The notes beneath the pieces are model-generated. The model was not told the origin of the DNA, did not search any database, and was given only the letters and a program-made list of their open reading frames with translations. The translations under genes and the position numbers were made by a program. From Nemertoderma westbladi (lineage: Eukaryota > Animalia > Xenacoelomorpha), in NCBI GenBank assembly GCA_032718475.1, contig JAUCBJ010007359.1:1-64000 (forward strand): 64,000 nt of DNA. The letters run 5' to 3'. This document shows, one piece after another, positions 26,422-40,025 of the stretch. Within the stretch, counting starts at the first letter, position 1. The number at the start of each line of letters is the position of its first letter.

Positions 26422-27501
26422 CGGCAGCTCCAAACCAAAACCCAGCAAGTACATTTTTTGACTTTTCGAGATAATCGCGTTTAAAGTTTTTGGACTTTAA
26501 ACAGCTGGCATTTGGTTAAAATTTAATTTGATGAGTTATACAGTAATTTTGTGTACCTTTACAAATTGTACATATAAACTGTATTAGTGCCAAAAATTTT
26601 TTTTAAATTTATTCTTTACTTTTCATATAAATCGACTTACACGGTTCTGGTATGGTAGATAAGAAAAGAATTGTGATTTTTGATGCATCAATACCCAGTA
26701 ACGTCATGATTCCCATTTCAAAACACAGTAACTAATTTGCCCACACCAAAACCCAGTAAACTAACATTTAAATTTTCCAATCAGTTACCTTTCCCATGCC
26801 AAAACCAAGTAACTGACAAGTCCCTTCGCCAAAACCCAGTAACTCTGACTTCTTTCGCCAACGGTTAGCGAAAACAAAGAGGCAACATTCTAGAATATAA
26901 TATTCTAGAACATTTAATTATTTGTCTACGTCTGTTGCGTTGCCGGAGTTACTGGGTTTTGGTTTGGCATAGTATCTGCATTCGGGAAATCCCACGTCAA
27001 AACCCAGTATCTCAAACTGCTAGAAACCCAGTAACTCTGTTTACTGGGTTTTGACGTGGTAAATCTCACATTATCAATATACATACTGGGTTTTGACTTG
27101 GACAATTTGTCTTTCGGAAATGATACTCAATTTTGTTCAGAAAATACCATGTGAAAACCCAGTAAAGAATTTTGCTCGAAACCCAGTAAGTGCAGTTGCT
27201 GGGTTTTGGCGTAGGATCTTGGGATTTTTGAGCACATACTGGGTTTTGATGGAGTAACTTTTTCAAAATAACACCAGAAAGGATACACGAAACCCAGTAA
27301 CTAGCATTACTGTGTTTCGACGTGGTATTTGCTCTAAATTAGCTAATTAGTTAATTAATTAATTGTTAATACTGCGAAATCAGTTACTGCTATGGTTTCG
27401 AAACTGAAGTCAGATGAATTCTACGCCCTCAAAAACCCCAAAAATCGAAAAACTCGATTTCGAAAAAAATTGACATACTGGGTTTTGGTTTGGAGCTGCC
27501 G
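26422..27501. mobile_element. MITE with 24-bp TIR and 4-bp TSD, inserted in the RTE (TAG)n tail
   Basis: TIR CGGCAGCTCCAAACCAAAACCCAG. AGTA on both sides (26418-26421, 27502-27505). Many internal AAAACCCAGTA motifs in both orientations. Confidence 0.85.
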
Positions 27502-27782
27502 AGTAGTAACATTCATTGCAACTATATGTAGGGCCTATTATAATACTCCCAGCACAAAAACTCATGTCCCCAGATATGCGCAATGTACAGTATTTAGAAT
27601 GGTGTGTTTTCGTCAATATATAAAAACATTTCTTAATGTCCATTGCAACTACATAACGTATGGTCTGCAGAAAAACAATACAAAAACTAATGTCCCCAGA
27701 TATGCGTAAGGGACAGTATTTAGAATGGTGTGTTTTCGTCAATATATAAAAATATTTCTTAATGTCCATTGCAACTACATAC

Positions 27783-30700
27783 TGTAGAGATATCACATTA
27801 GAGACTGGGAGACCATAGAACATGGCTCGCCCCATTATATACTGGATAGGTATATATAGTAGAGTAGTGGATATAGTTCCATACATACTTACTTATTATT
27901 ATGCCTGTCAGTAGTCTGTCAGTATATAGCATGCAGTAGTCATGCAGATATAGTTATCTGAGAGTATCAGAATATTAGATATGAAGTACCACAGTCTGAC
28001 AGTGTTATGCTCACCAGTCTGCCAGTACGTTCATATCCCCATATGGCGCAGTATTGTAGTCAGTCAGGAACTCTAACAGTGCTCCTTAAGTGAAGAGTTA
28101 AGCTTTCGTGCGGACTCGGATCTTTGGCGGACAGCCTACAAATAAAAGGAAGGGATGGACGAGAAAAACACGACAGCCGCCGGATCGGAGGTGACTGAGT
28201 TCGCGGGCGGGTCGGACGACACCAACCCCACTGTGGATCTCCTCACCGACCTTCGATCGGAAATGGCACATCGAGAGGCTGCAGCAGACGCGCGCCTCGA
28301 TCGCCTTACGCAGCTGCTGGATCGGCAGCGGGCAGCGGCGGACGCACAGATTGCTCAACTCCTCGGGGCGCTTCAGGTGCAACAGCAGCAGGGCGCTGCG
28401 CAGCCCCAGGTTGGTGTGGCGGCCGCCCCCGTTCCCGGCGCGAACCCCGCTCGACGCCGGGTATTCGACATTATGGGCGTTGAGAAAATTGATGGCGATG
28501 TAGAGTTTACATCATTCCGACGGTGGCGCGAGGCGTGGCGGGTGCATGCGTACCGACAACAGGCCTCCACGTTTCCACGCATCGAACAGGTTTACGCGTT
28601 GGTGTCCGCACTCGGGCGGGACCTACAGCAAACAGTCACGGTCACTCTCGGTGTCGACATCGACGACGACGCGACAACAACCGACTCCATCATGGACGCC
28701 ATCCAGACTCATCTTCGTTCCAAACGATCGATCGCGATTGACGGAATTAAATTCCACGGGCGGAAACAAGGGCCAAACGAATCCTTCGACTCGTTTCGAA
28801 TAGCTCTAGAAGAACTTGCTGATGACGCAGAACTATGTGCACACTGCAGGGACAGGCAGATAGTGACACAGGTTCTGGTCGGAGTTCGGTCATCCGAAAC
28901 ACGAACCGAGCTCCTCAAGGTGTTACCCCAACCCACTCTGGCTGACTGCGTTCGGATTTGTCAGTCGAGGGAGGCGAGCGAACACAACGACGACGTGATC
29001 GGTAGCGGGAAATCCATCGCCAAGGTGACGTCGTCCTACAAACGCGGACGATCCGAGGACAGGCGACCGCCTGCACCGCGATCGGACAGCAAGGACTCAG
29101 CGTGCATGAGTTGCGGACGGGAACACGCTGCAGGGAAATCCAACTGTCCGGCGAAGAACGCGCGCTGCAATGCGTGCGGTAAAATGGGACATTTCCGCGC
29201 CGTATGTCGCTCTAAAGCGACCAGAAAACCAAAAGGTAAAGACCCTGCGACAGTCAATACAGTAACGGAAGGCGACGGAGTAAACTCGATTAACTTCGCG
29301 TGCAGGCTCCCACGCATCACCGTTAACATGTTCGGTCGGGACGATGACGAGATACAGGGGAAAATCCACAACGTCCTCCCGGATAGCGGCGCCGCGGCCA
29401 CCATGCTGAATCTGGACATATTCAGTCGTATGGGGGGCCGCGTACGGGACCTCACACCGTACCCATCCGCCGACCTACGCGCCGCGAATCAACTTCCCCT
29501 CGAGATAGTCGGACTTTTCCACGCGAGAGTGGATTACGCAGGGAACTCGACTGAATCCCTGGTCGCGATATCTCCGGAGGTGGAGGGATTGATACTATCA
29601 TACGAGGCGCTACGAGGACTCAACCTTCTCCACCCCAACTTCCCTCTACCCTTCGTGTCGGTGTCAGCCGTGACGTCATCGCTACCCCTCCCGAGCGTTC
29701 GGGATGGATTGATGAGCGAGTTTAAAGACGTGTTCGACGACGTCGAGGAGGAGCTCGGGACGATGAAGGGGGACCCGATGCGGGTCGAGTTGAAGGACGG
29801 CGCCACGCCATTTCACGCCAACGGCGCGCGACCGATTCCGTACGCACTACGCGACGAGGTGAGGGAGCACCTCGATGCCATGGAGCGACGGGACGTCATT
29901 GAGCGCGTCACCGAACCCACGGAATGGGCACACCCACTCACAGTCGCTCGTAAACCCAACGGGAAGCTTCGGGTTTGCGTGGACTTACGACATCTGAATG
30001 ACCAGATAAAGCGGCCATACTACCCCACACCCAGTGCACGGGTGGCGGTGACGGGGATCTCCACCACGGCGCAGTTCTTCTCCGTATTCGATGCTGCGGC
30101 CGGTTACTGGCAGGTTCCCCTCGAGCCAGCTTCACAACTCCTCACCACGTTCGTTACCCCATGGGGGAGATACAAATTTAAACGGAGCGTGATGGGTCTC
30201 ATCTCCAGCGGAGATGAATTCAACCGCCGCGGCGACGACGCGCTGCGCGGACTCCCCGGGATGGTTAAAGTCGTCGATGACATTCTCCTATATGATGACA
30301 ACCTCGATGATCACATCGCCAGTGTCCGGCGGTTCCTTCTCCGATGCCGCGAGGCAGGGATCGCCCTCAACCCCGATAAAACGCAGTTCGCCCAACGCGA
30401 AGTGAAATTCGCGGGCTACTATGTCGGGGCCGACGGGATCAGGGCGGACCCGGCCAAGGTCCGGGCCATTGCAAGTTTTCCTCGCCCAACCAACCTAACT
30501 GATCTAAGGAGCTTCGTAGGGTTGGCGGAACAACTCGCCCCATTCTCAACGGAGATCTCGACTACGATGTCCCCCCTTCGCCCCCTCCTGCGCGCGCACA
30601 GCCCATACGACTGGAACAGCGATCACGAAGCGGCGTTCGAGGCGACCAAAAAAGTCCTGGTTTCTCCTCCCATTCTAGCTCCATTCGAGCCGGGGCTCGA

Positions 30701-32815
30701 TACACAACTAGAAACTGACGCATCCCGGAAAAACGGCCTAGGTTACGTGCTGCTACAGCGACACGGTGACACCTGGAAACTCATCGAGTGCGGCTCAAGG
30801 TTTATCACAGAAACAGAGTCGCGATACGCAATGGTGGAACTAGAACTCCTCGCAGTCGTGTGGGCCGCACACAAATGCCGCCTATACCTTGTGGGACTTC
30901 CACACTTTACATTGGTGGTGGACCACCAACCCCTCGTGTCTATACTCGATAGACAAACGCTAGACGGGACCGACAACGCCAGGATCCAAAGACTGAAGTC
31001 TAAGATGAGCACATTCACGTTCACTACAACTTGGAAGAAGGGAAAGCTCCATCGAATCCCCGACGCGTTGTCCCGATCCCCAGCCGACGACCCAACCCCA
31101 GACGATTTGGTCGATGATGGGGACATGGCGTCCTATGTGTGCGCGGTGACCGAACAAACCGCCACCAATATCACCGAGGATAACGGACCGGCGGCGGAGC
31201 AACCCGACCTCCTCCTCCGATCGTTATCTACATCGGCTCGGAATGACTCTGACTATGTTGCGCTGCGGGAGGCCATCGAGTCAGGGTTCCCTGCGACGTC
31301 ACGCCAACAGACGGGAGTCCAACCCTACTGGTCCATTCGGGACGAATTATCAACCGATCGGGACCTGGTCCTCTACGGACACCGCATCGTCATCCCGCGG
31401 GCGAACCGGCGGGATACGTTGGCGCACCTCCACGCCGCACACCAGGGGGTTGAAAAGACCCTACGTCGGGCCCGCCAGACAGTCTACTGGCCGGGCATCA
31501 CTAACGATGTCCGGACGACCGTCTCCTCCTGCGAACCCTGCCTCACCCAACGGCCCAGCCTCGCTCGGGAACCCCTGCTGAGGGACCGCGAGGCCACACG
31601 GCCATTCCAGGAACTATCTGGAGATTTATTTTACCTCAATGGAAATAATTATCTCGCAGTCGCAGACAGATACTCCGGGTGGCCCGAGATCTACGGATAC
31701 ACCAGCCACCCCACCGCCGCATCCACCGCTGAACACGTACGGGACATATTCACACGGTTTGGTGTCCCCCTACGGTTTGGGTCGGATGGCGGCCCTCAAT
31801 TCGCCGGCGAGGCGTTTAAACATTTCTTACATACTTGGGGGGTCGAGCCCGTCACCTCCTCCCCAGAATACCCGCAAAGCAACGGCCACGCGGAGTCCAC
31901 CGTCAAGGCTCTCAAGGCGTTGCTCACAAAGACTGGGGGAAAACTGACTTCACCAGCGTTCCTGGAGGGCCTCCTGGAACTCCGTAACGCCCCTCGCGCA
32001 CACGGGAAGTCACCGTCCCAGATATTATTCGGCCACCCCACACGGTCTCGGGTGCCAACACACAGCCGCGCGTTCCAGATGGAACACCAGCAGGCTCGCA
32101 CGGAGCTCGACCGGGCAGTGCCCACGCTCCTCGAGTCGCAGACGGAGGGTTATAACACCCACGCGAAACCCCTCACACCTCTAGCTGTGGGCGACCCAGT
32201 GCGGGTCCAGAACCCATCCACGAAAAGGTGGGACCGCACCGGGACGATTGTGGAATCGGGCCTCAACCGGAAGTACACCCTACGGACTCCGTCTGGCCGA
32301 TGTCTAATTCGCAACCGTCGTCACCTACTCCGGGATACCTCCATAGACACCCCAGTGACCCAGGACACAGTTGCCGGGCCACCAGCCGGAAACGGCTCCA
32401 AGGGACGCAATGTACACTGGGCGGACCAGTTGGTACAACCCGCCTCCCAACGCCGCAAATACCCTACCCGCGCGAGGCGCCAGCCAAACCGCCTCTAAAA
32501 CTGCGAAACTGAAAGTTATTGATAGTTTATACTGTGGGTAGAAACTCGAAAGGGGGTGTAGAGATATCACATTAGAGACTGGGAGACCATAGAACATGGC
32601 TCGCCCCATTATATACTGGATAGGTATATATAGTAGAGTAGTGGATATAGTTCCATACATACTTACTTATTATTATGCCTGTCAGTAGTCTGTCAGTATA
32701 TAGCATGCAGTAGTCATGCAGATATAGTTATCTGAGAGTATCAGAATATTAGATATGAAGTACCACAGTCTGACAGTGTTATGCTCACCAGTCTGCCAGT
32801 ACGTTCATATCCCCA
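27783..32815 (+). mobile_element. Full-length Ty3/Gypsy LTR retrotransposon, Mag-like
   Basis: LTRs at 27783-28041 and 32557-32815 (TGTAG...CCCCA) look identical. PBS TGGCGCAGT (tRNA-Ser-like) at 28044. PPT GAAAGGGGG at 32548-32556. TSD (TA)CATAC. Confidence 0.96.
28155..32498 (+). CDS. Gag-Pol polyprotein (2 CCHC, protease, RT, RNase H, integrase)
   Basis: 1447-aa uninterrupted ORF: [69 protein letters not shown] and SNGHAE. Confidence 0.95.
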   Translation: MDEKNTTAAGSEVTEFAGGSDDTNPTVDLLTDLRSEMAHREAAADARLDRLTQLLDRQRAAADAQIAQLLGALQVQQQQGAAQPQVGVAAAPVPGANPARRRVFDIMGVEKIDGDVEFTSFRRWREAWRVHAYRQQASTFPRIEQVYALVSALGRDLQQTVTVTLGVDIDDDATTTDSIMDAIQTHLRSKRSIAIDGIKFHGRKQGPNESFDSFRIALEELADDAELCAHCRDRQIVTQVLVGVRSSETRTELLKVLPQPTLADCVRICQSREASEHNDDVIGSGKSIAKVTSSYKRGRSEDRRPPAPRSDSKDSACMSCGREHAAGKSNCPAKNARCNACGKMGHFRAVCRSKATRKPKGKDPATVNTVTEGDGVNSINFACRLPRITVNMFGRDDDEIQGKIHNVLPDSGAAATMLNLDIFSRMGGRVRDLTPYPSADLRAANQLPLEIVGLFHARVDYAGNSTESLVAISPEVEGLILSYEALRGLNLLHPNFPLPFVSVSAVTSSLPLPSVRDGLMSEFKDVFDDVEEELGTMKGDPMRVELKDGATPFHANGARPIPYALRDEVREHLDAMERRDVIERVTEPTEWAHPLTVARKPNGKLRVCVDLRHLNDQIKRPYYPTPSARVAVTGISTTAQFFSVFDAAAGYWQVPLEPASQLLTTFVTPWGRYKFKRSVMGLISSGDEFNRRGDDALRGLPGMVKVVDDILLYDDNLDDHIASVRRFLLRCREAGIALNPDKTQFAQREVKFAGYYVGADGIRADPAKVRAIASFPRPTNLTDLRSFVGLAEQLAPFSTEISTTMSPLRPLLRAHSPYDWNSDHEAAFEATKKVLVSPPILAPFEPGLDTQLETDASRKNGLGYVLLQRHGDTWKLIECGSRFITETESRYAMVELELLAVVWAAHKCRLYLVGLPHFTLVVDHQPLVSILDRQTLDGTDNARIQRLKSKMSTFTFTTTWKKGKLHRIPDALSRSPADDPTPDDLVDDGDMASYVCAVTEQTATNITEDNGPAAEQPDLLLRSLSTSARNDSDYVALREAIESGFPATSRQQTGVQPYWSIRDELSTDRDLVLYGHRIVIPRANRRDTLAHLHAAHQGVEKTLRRARQTVYWPGITNDVRTTVSSCEPCLTQRPSLAREPLLRDREATRPFQELSGDLFYLNGNNYLAVADRYSGWPEIYGYTSHPTAASTAEHVRDIFTRFGVPLRFGSDGGPQFAGEAFKHFLHTWGVEPVTSSPEYPQSNGHAESTVKALKALLTKTGGKLTSPAFLEGLLELRNAPRAHGKSPSQILFGHPTRSRVPTHSRAFQMEHQQARTELDRAVPTLLESQTEGYNTHAKPLTPLAVGDPVRVQNPSTKRWDRTGTIVESGLNRKYTLRTPSGRCLIRNRRHLLRDTSIDTPVTQDTVAGPPAGNGSKGRNVHWADQLVQPASQRRKYPTRARRQPNRL

Positions 32816-33524
32816 TACATACCGTATGGTCTGCAGAAAAACAATACAAAAACTAATGTCCCCAGATGTGCGCAAGGGACAGTATTTAGAACGGTGTGTT
32901 CTCGTTAATTTATTATATATTCTTAACGTCCATTGCAACTACATACCGTATGGTCTGCAGAAAAACAATACAAAAACTAATGTCCCCAGATATGCGCAAG
33001 GGACAGTATTTAGAATGGTGTGTTTTCGTCAATATATAAAAATATTTCTTAATTTCCATTGCAACTACATACCGTATGGTCTGCAGAAAAACAATACAAA
33101 AACTAATGTCCCCAGATGTGCGCAAGGGACAGTATTTAGAACGGTGTGTTTTCGTCAATATATAAAAATATTTCTTAATGTCCATTGCAACTACATACCG
33201 TATGGTCTGCAGAAAAACAATACAAAAACTAATGTCCCCAGATGTGCGCAAGGGACAGTATTTAGAACGGTGTGTTCTCGTTAATTTATTATATATTCTT
33301 AACGTCCATTGCAACTAACTATCTACATAAGTAGAACGTAGGGCATAATATAATACTCTCTGCAATGCAAAACCAATGTCCCCAGATGTGCGCAAGGGAC
33401 AGTATTTGGAACGGTGTGTTATCGTTAATTTATTATATATTCTTAACGTCCAGTGCAACTACCTACATAAGTAGAACGTAGGGCATATATAATACTCTCT
33501 GCAATGCAAAACCAATGTCCCCCC

Positions 33525-33526
<2 letters not shown>

Positions 33527-33586
<60 letters not shown>

Positions 33587-33590
33587 ACAC
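33527..33590. repeat. (CA)n microsatellite
   Basis: Seen directly. Confidence 0.95.
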
Positions 33591-35664
33591 GCGCGTCTTG
33601 AGATCTAAGCTAGGCTACGATAGGCTTATCAGTAGAAATATTTATTATTTGAGGAGATATTTAATATTTTTTACATAGGCATAGCGACACCCTTCTGACT
33701 GCTATTTTCCTGTCGGCAGTATTGTTTTACGCTAGTGTCGTTGACCCGCTACGTCGTATACCCATATAAATCACACCGCGGCAAGTTTACAGTATTTTAG
33801 ATCCATTAGCGATAGTTAGGATTCGCTACGCGGGGATTGTTTTCCCCGTGAGTCTGGTCTGTATCTGTAGACTGTACATCTGCCTCTACGGTTAGAGGCC
33901 GGGCATCCTGTTTGTCTAGTTATCCCGGGCATTGATTCGCCCACGTATTAGAATAGACATCAGGCTCCGTTCCCTCACCAGTAGTAGTTTGTGTACTTAG
34001 TATCTGTTTATTTAGACACCCTGGACTGGGATTTCTTGTCAGATACTGTACGAGCCCGTATACACTGCTGGATTCTACAGTAAGGTACTTCGTTACTAGG
34101 ATCTGGTAGGCGGTATACTACTGGACTTATCAGTTAACATTACGAAATGATTGTACATATACATTATAAGTGATAGAAACTGCACAAATTATATTAGTTG
34201 CTCTATAAATAAATGTAAAAATACATAAATTATGTTATAAATAAGTTCGTATCTTTATGGTGGCGTTTGGAGCCATGTTATAATAATATAGCTAGGCCCT
34301 ACTGGTATTAATAGCTATACCCCGCCTACCAGTAGGTAATGCAGTAGGCCTATCTGGCTGTCAGGCAAATTTCCACCTATTGTTTACGTGGTATCCAATG
34401 ACTGCGTTAAGTAATGTACCCCTTAGTGGACATTATTTAACGCCGTCATGGGTTACCACGTAAACAATAACACCAAATACAATACTAAATGTACAGGCCA
34501 ATACAGTGCTGTAATGTCCTCTAAAGTTGTAAGTGCTAAATAACTATGTGATTAGTTATTTCACATGTTCCACGTGTTGTTACATAGTTGTTACACATGT
34601 ACTGTGGTATGTATTTTGATTATTTTTATCCCTTAACAACTATTTACAGATTCTAAAAGGGCATTGTTTGGGGGGAGAGTTTACAAAATGGGGCTTGGAA
34701 AGTTTTGGGGGGTGTTTATATTGATTTTTCCCAAGGGCATTGGAAAATTTTCGGAGTGTTTCACTTTAATTCATTATTGCATATGTGTTATTTTGCCCAA
34801 GGGAATAATAACACCCAAGCTCCAAAGGTAAAACATTAGGCCTACTGTGTCATGTGTGTTGTATAGCTCTATGCTTAATTCATCCAATCGCCGTAAGATT
34901 TGATCATCAAAAAAGCACCTGAATTTGTTAGTGAAAATTGATGTCAAACTTATTTAAATGGTTTAGCGTCTGTAAAATAAAGGTTGGTAAATATGAAAAT
35001 ACTGGTTGCTGAAAAATTGCGATTTGAAAAATAGTAGAAGTTACCTGATGCTAAGTGTAGACACTCGAACACCTGTAAAATAAAGGCTTATGATTGGACG
35101 GATGAGTAGCGTTGGGGGACTAATAACGCCTCTAGCGGAAGATGCGGGAACTTGAGAAGTTGCCATGGTTACGGATTAAATGCTGACATCTGATTGGTTG
35201 AAATAATAACGACCACCGCTAAAGGTTGAAATAGTGGCTTCTGATTGGACAGAGTACCAGAAATGGACGGTAATGATGGGCTACGGGTGACCATGGCCGG
35301 GTGTCATAGTATCTTATACTACTCATGTACCGGTAATAAAGTTTAAGAAATTCCACGAAAAATATTTTCACATTTACATTTTTCGCCGGGAAAAGTAAGT
35401 TCAATGCAATCCTAGGCCTACTGTATGATTAACTATTATTCCCTAGGGAAAAAAGTATGTACTTCTTTTTCTCCACATTTTGAGCTATATTTGAGCTAAC
35501 TAAATAGTAACATTATAAGAATAACATTAATATTCCCATACAGTAGTAACGGGTTGTTATGCCAGTTTTAAAAGAATGATGTCACTTAGAGTCGACCAAC
35601 ACCTATCTCCGCTCCACTATATCAAAGTATGGTCTAGAAAATGTAGTTTTGGCTAAGAACTGCA

Positions 35665-35930
35665 TAAAAGTAAAGTAAAGTTATATTCAAACGTGTAAGA
35701 AGAAACACCCGAGGCAACAACCCAAAGGCTCCATTCTCTTGGCTATTATCTGTAACGCAGGAAAGGCACCACACTACTCCCAAGGTCGAGTACTCTGGTT
35801 ATCTAACCATATTCTTTACTCCTTAACTCATGACAGGTTGCCATTAGCCTACAGTACAACTGGAAGCTAGCAACAATTTGGCTGTTCTGGGGCTTGAACA
35901 CCAGACCTTCCGCTTAGAAGACCGGTTAAT
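35665..35930 (-). mobile_element. Degenerate tRNA-derived SINE
   Basis: Reverse B-box-like GTGTTCAAGCCCC at ~35890-35902 and a (TTTAC)n-type tail at ~35670. Confidence 0.35.
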
Positions 35931-37151
35931 ACCTTTTTTTTACTTTACTTTAATATTAAAACGTTTCAATCTGTCAATGTCTGTATTAAAAAGGAAAAGG
36001 CAGAAAGGGGCGAACGTATTTAAACGACATTCTTAGATATCTTTTTTTAACATTTAGGAGGAAGGAACTGGAGAAACGCCTCACTGCAGTACGAGGTAGT
36101 ACGGTACCTTTCAGCCTATATAAATACAGGCCAAACTAGACCTACCTGCAGGGCTGCAGGCTGCAGACCTGGTACGGTGCAACTCTGGACTGTGACACTA
36201 TGTAGGCCTACTGTACCGGTACCTCTTAATTTGACGTGGAAATTGAAAGTTTAGTCATAGGTCAGTGCCGTCAGTATAAGTCGTCAGTATGAGTATGACA
36301 ATGAGGTGATTAATGAGACATAAATAGGCCTTGCTGTCTAGTGGAGCACAACCCAATAATAATGAAACATGAAATACAAAACGCCCAATAAAAATGAAAC
36401 ATGAAGTACAAAACTAGTTGGTGGTCTGAATACCTGATTTACACCTGATGTGACACACAACAGACCTAAGACGAGTACAGCAGCATTACCGGTTCCAATG
36501 TTTGTATGTCAGTATGTGGTGTCACGATAAACACTTCACTACTAAGAGGGAATAACATGGTTATTTTGCCCTAGGGCAAAATAACCTTTTTGGCCGTAGC
36601 CCAGCATTAGGGATAGTTATCATCTTGCTAATAAATGTGTAACAACTAGTGATTATTCCTAGAGATATATGTCTTAAATATTGTAGAAGGGCTCAAAGCC
36701 CAATCTACAGAATGAATCCCATTTAAGTTACTAAAAATAATACTTCCAATTGTCGTTCCCTTCCCCATGGATCTGCAGGTCTAAAATCTCTGCAGTAACA
36801 TGATATTGTCAAAACCCCCAACCAAACAGCAGCAGGGAGGAGGGATGCGTTGTCTGGGATCCTGATATCGTAGCATTTACGTAATATTATGGCAAACGGT
36901 TAGCAATATGAAACGTTGTGGGTAACCAATGACACTGAAATGGTTGCTGTTAAACTTGAGTTCAACTTTATCACAAACAAAAATAATGTTTAGTAACGAG
37001 CCTTATGTCTTACTTCCTTAGGACTAAAGAAAAAAACAAAGACTCAATATAACAGAATATAATAATAATTACACGGAAAATTAATCCGAATACATTTTAC
37101 AAATATTTTAACCCTATTAGTAACCTGGTTATAAAATGTTGTACAAATACC

Positions 37152-38866
37152 AGCCGATCGCCTCAATGGTTGGAAAGCCCACTTTGAAAAGCTCCTCAAT
37201 AATGACAGGGTATTGCCTGATAACTTTATAGAAGTAAAAGTGTCTGAGTCTGTACTCCCAGATATTCCCATTGGCGATATCTCCTTTGCAGAAGTGAAGG
37301 CTGCTGCAAAGAGCATTAAGACCAATCGTGCCAGTGGAGTAGATGGTGTTCCCCCTGAGGTCTTTAAAATACCTGAGTGTTTAAAGCTCATCTATCCCAC
37401 CATAGTAGACATGTACCGTACAACAAGAGTCCCACAAGAAATGAAAACAAATAAGTTGGTGCCAGTTCCCAAGAAGGGCAACCTAACACTCTATGGTTCT
37501 TTTCGGGGAATCTCATTGATCTCGATTGCTGCAAAACTATACAATAGAATTCTATTAAATCGCATCAGGGATCCCATTGAGAGACTGCTACGTGGAAATC
37601 AGAATGGGTTCCGTAAAGGTCGTGGGACCATGGAACCCATTTTGGCACTTAGAAGGATAATTGAAGAGTTATCAAAAAAGAAAGACAGGCATCTGGCTGT
37701 TATCTTTGTTGACTTCTTCAAGGCCTTTGATTCAGTCTCTCGCTCACGTATGTTCAGCATACTTTCATTATATGGGATCCCTGATGAAATTATTGCAGCA
37801 ATCAGATCAGTATACGATGGTTCGACAACATTTGTGTCTACTGTTGACGGTGACACAGAACCATTTGAAGTGTTATGGGGCGTCCTCCAAGGAGACACAC
37901 TTGCACCATTCTTGTTCATTATTGTGGTTGACTATGTTCTACGCATGTCCTTAGATCATCATAATGATGATGGGATGATGATAACTCCACCTACTGGCTC
38001 CAGAAGTCGAGGAAATCCTGCCAAGTACCTAACTGATCTAGACTTTGCTGATGACTTAGGAGTACTCTCAGAATCATTAGAGGGAGCCCAGCGGCTCCTC
38101 AGCTCGTTAGAACATGCTGCTTCTAGTGTTGGTCTTTTTATTAACTCCAGAAAGACCAAAATTCTGACAGTTAACTTTGAAAGTCCTCAGCAAGTCTCTG
38201 ACCGGATGAGCATAAGCTCAAAGGATGGTATGCTTGAGCATGTGGACGACTTCTGTTACCTGGGATCATGGATCCGGAAGTCAGGTGAGGACCTTCGAAT
38301 ACGTAAGGGAAAGGCATGGGCAGCCTTGAATAGGCTTTCCAGGATTTGGAAGTCACCTAGAATTAATCGGAAACTTAAGGTCCGATTATTTAGAGCAGCA
38401 GTAGTTCCAGTACTCCTCTATGGGAGTCCATGCTGGGCTCTAACTGCTGAGGACACCAAATCTCTGGATGGCACATTCACAAGAATGCTACGCCGGGTAC
38501 ATTGTGTCAAGTACAATGCACACATCTCCAACCAGACACTATATAACATTGGAGGTGTCTCATTGGTTCCCCCAAGCTTGACACTAGAACAAAATCGCCT
38601 CCGCTTTGCAGGACATTGCTTTCGCCGTGAGGACCAGCCAGTGCATAATCTTGTACTTTGGCAGCCTCATGGAGTGAATAAGCGTGGTGGACAGCCTATG
38701 ACTTTCTTGAGACGCATCTTAAAGGACACTGGCCTTAAAGATGCGGATGATCTAGCAAATGTCATGGGTGATAGGGAGTTGTGGCGGTGCAATTTTGTTG
38801 ACAAGCCGGCACAGCATTCTTAAAAATGCAGCTGCAATGCAGCATGCCGATCATAGTAGTAGTAGT
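37152..38866 (+). mobile_element. RTE-clade LINE, 5'-truncated, with an open RT frame
   Basis: 536-aa ORF: FRGISLISIAAKLYNRILLNRI, QNGFRKGR, FVDFFKAFDSV, GVLQGDTLAPFLF, LDFADDL and RFAGHCFR; (TAG)n tail at 38854-38866. Confidence 0.92.
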
Positions 38867-40025
38867 GGGTGGTCATATTCACAACCACCCCCCACCCGCC
38901 AACCCCCCCCCCCCCCCACCCCACCCCCTTTCCTCTAAAATCTACAAATTTTAACGAAAATTTCTGATTTTTGGTTTGTACATAGATTTCACAATTTTGA
39001 ATTTTCAACGAAGAAAATTTTTCAACGAAGAAACACCAAAACGGATTTTTGCAACACCAATATTTCAAGTAGTGAATAATTTTCTGGAGCGCTGAATACA
39101 TTCAAAGATATTTAAAAATCATGCGAATCAGCCGGATTAAATGGCAGTTTTACTCCTCAATGTAATAATTCTTCGCAATAATGAAAAATACAGATAGCCA
39201 GAACTTATTTTGAACCCAAAACATTTCATTTACTTATACCATGACGTTGTTATAAATTAAATTTTTAGGTTTTCTGGGCGATGATTCTAATGGAATAGAT
39301 TTCTAATTTGCCAGATCATTATAACTTGAATTTTTCGGCGTAATATGGAAAATATTTTTGAACAATACAAGTCTGAGATGTCCACTGCTGTTTGCATTTA
39401 TTACATCAGATTCAGATCGCTTATAAACCAGCATAACGAAAAAAAATTGAAAAAAAAATTGATAAATTTGCTTATTTTCAAATTTTGTTACTGGATCGAA
39501 AAATTTCAACAACGCACAGCCTAAAAAAATACAAGTTTGAAAACTCTTATGCAATTTGTACTTATTCCATTGAATTCAGAACCCTCACGGCAAACCCGTA
39601 TAACGAAATAAAAAAGGTGACACAATCAATTGATAAATTGGAATGTATGCAAAATTTCGTGCTAGCAACAAATTTGGCACCCACTTCCGAAAAATACAAG
39701 TTTGAGATGTCTAGTTAGAAAATTATTTGTACCATTGAATGCAGAACCCCCATAAACATCTAAAATACTTGAAAAAAGTCGGCACATTCAATGTAAGTAC
39801 AGTAATCGATGAATTTTCAAAATTTCGTGCTAGCACCAAATTTTGAAAAATTTCGAAAAATACAAGTTTGATTTGTCTGGTGCGATTCGTACATATTCCA
39901 TCCAATATTATATCTTTTAATATTGGAAACGTATATATTATATCCATATATTATAATCAGGACCCCAAAAAAACCCTATTTCGCAAAATAAAGGTTCACA
40001 CAATTTATTTTATTTATTTATTTAA

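Larger units (their letters stand above)
27510..33520 (+). repeat. ~125-bp tandem array interrupted by the Gypsy element
   Basis: CATTGCAACT recurs at 32931, 33057, 33183 and 33307. The array resumes in register on both sides of the LTR element. Confidence 0.88.

Noticed and set aside
28098-32660. Antisense and alternate-frame ORFs over the Gypsy pol
   Set aside because: These are expected shadows of a GC-rich coding sequence.
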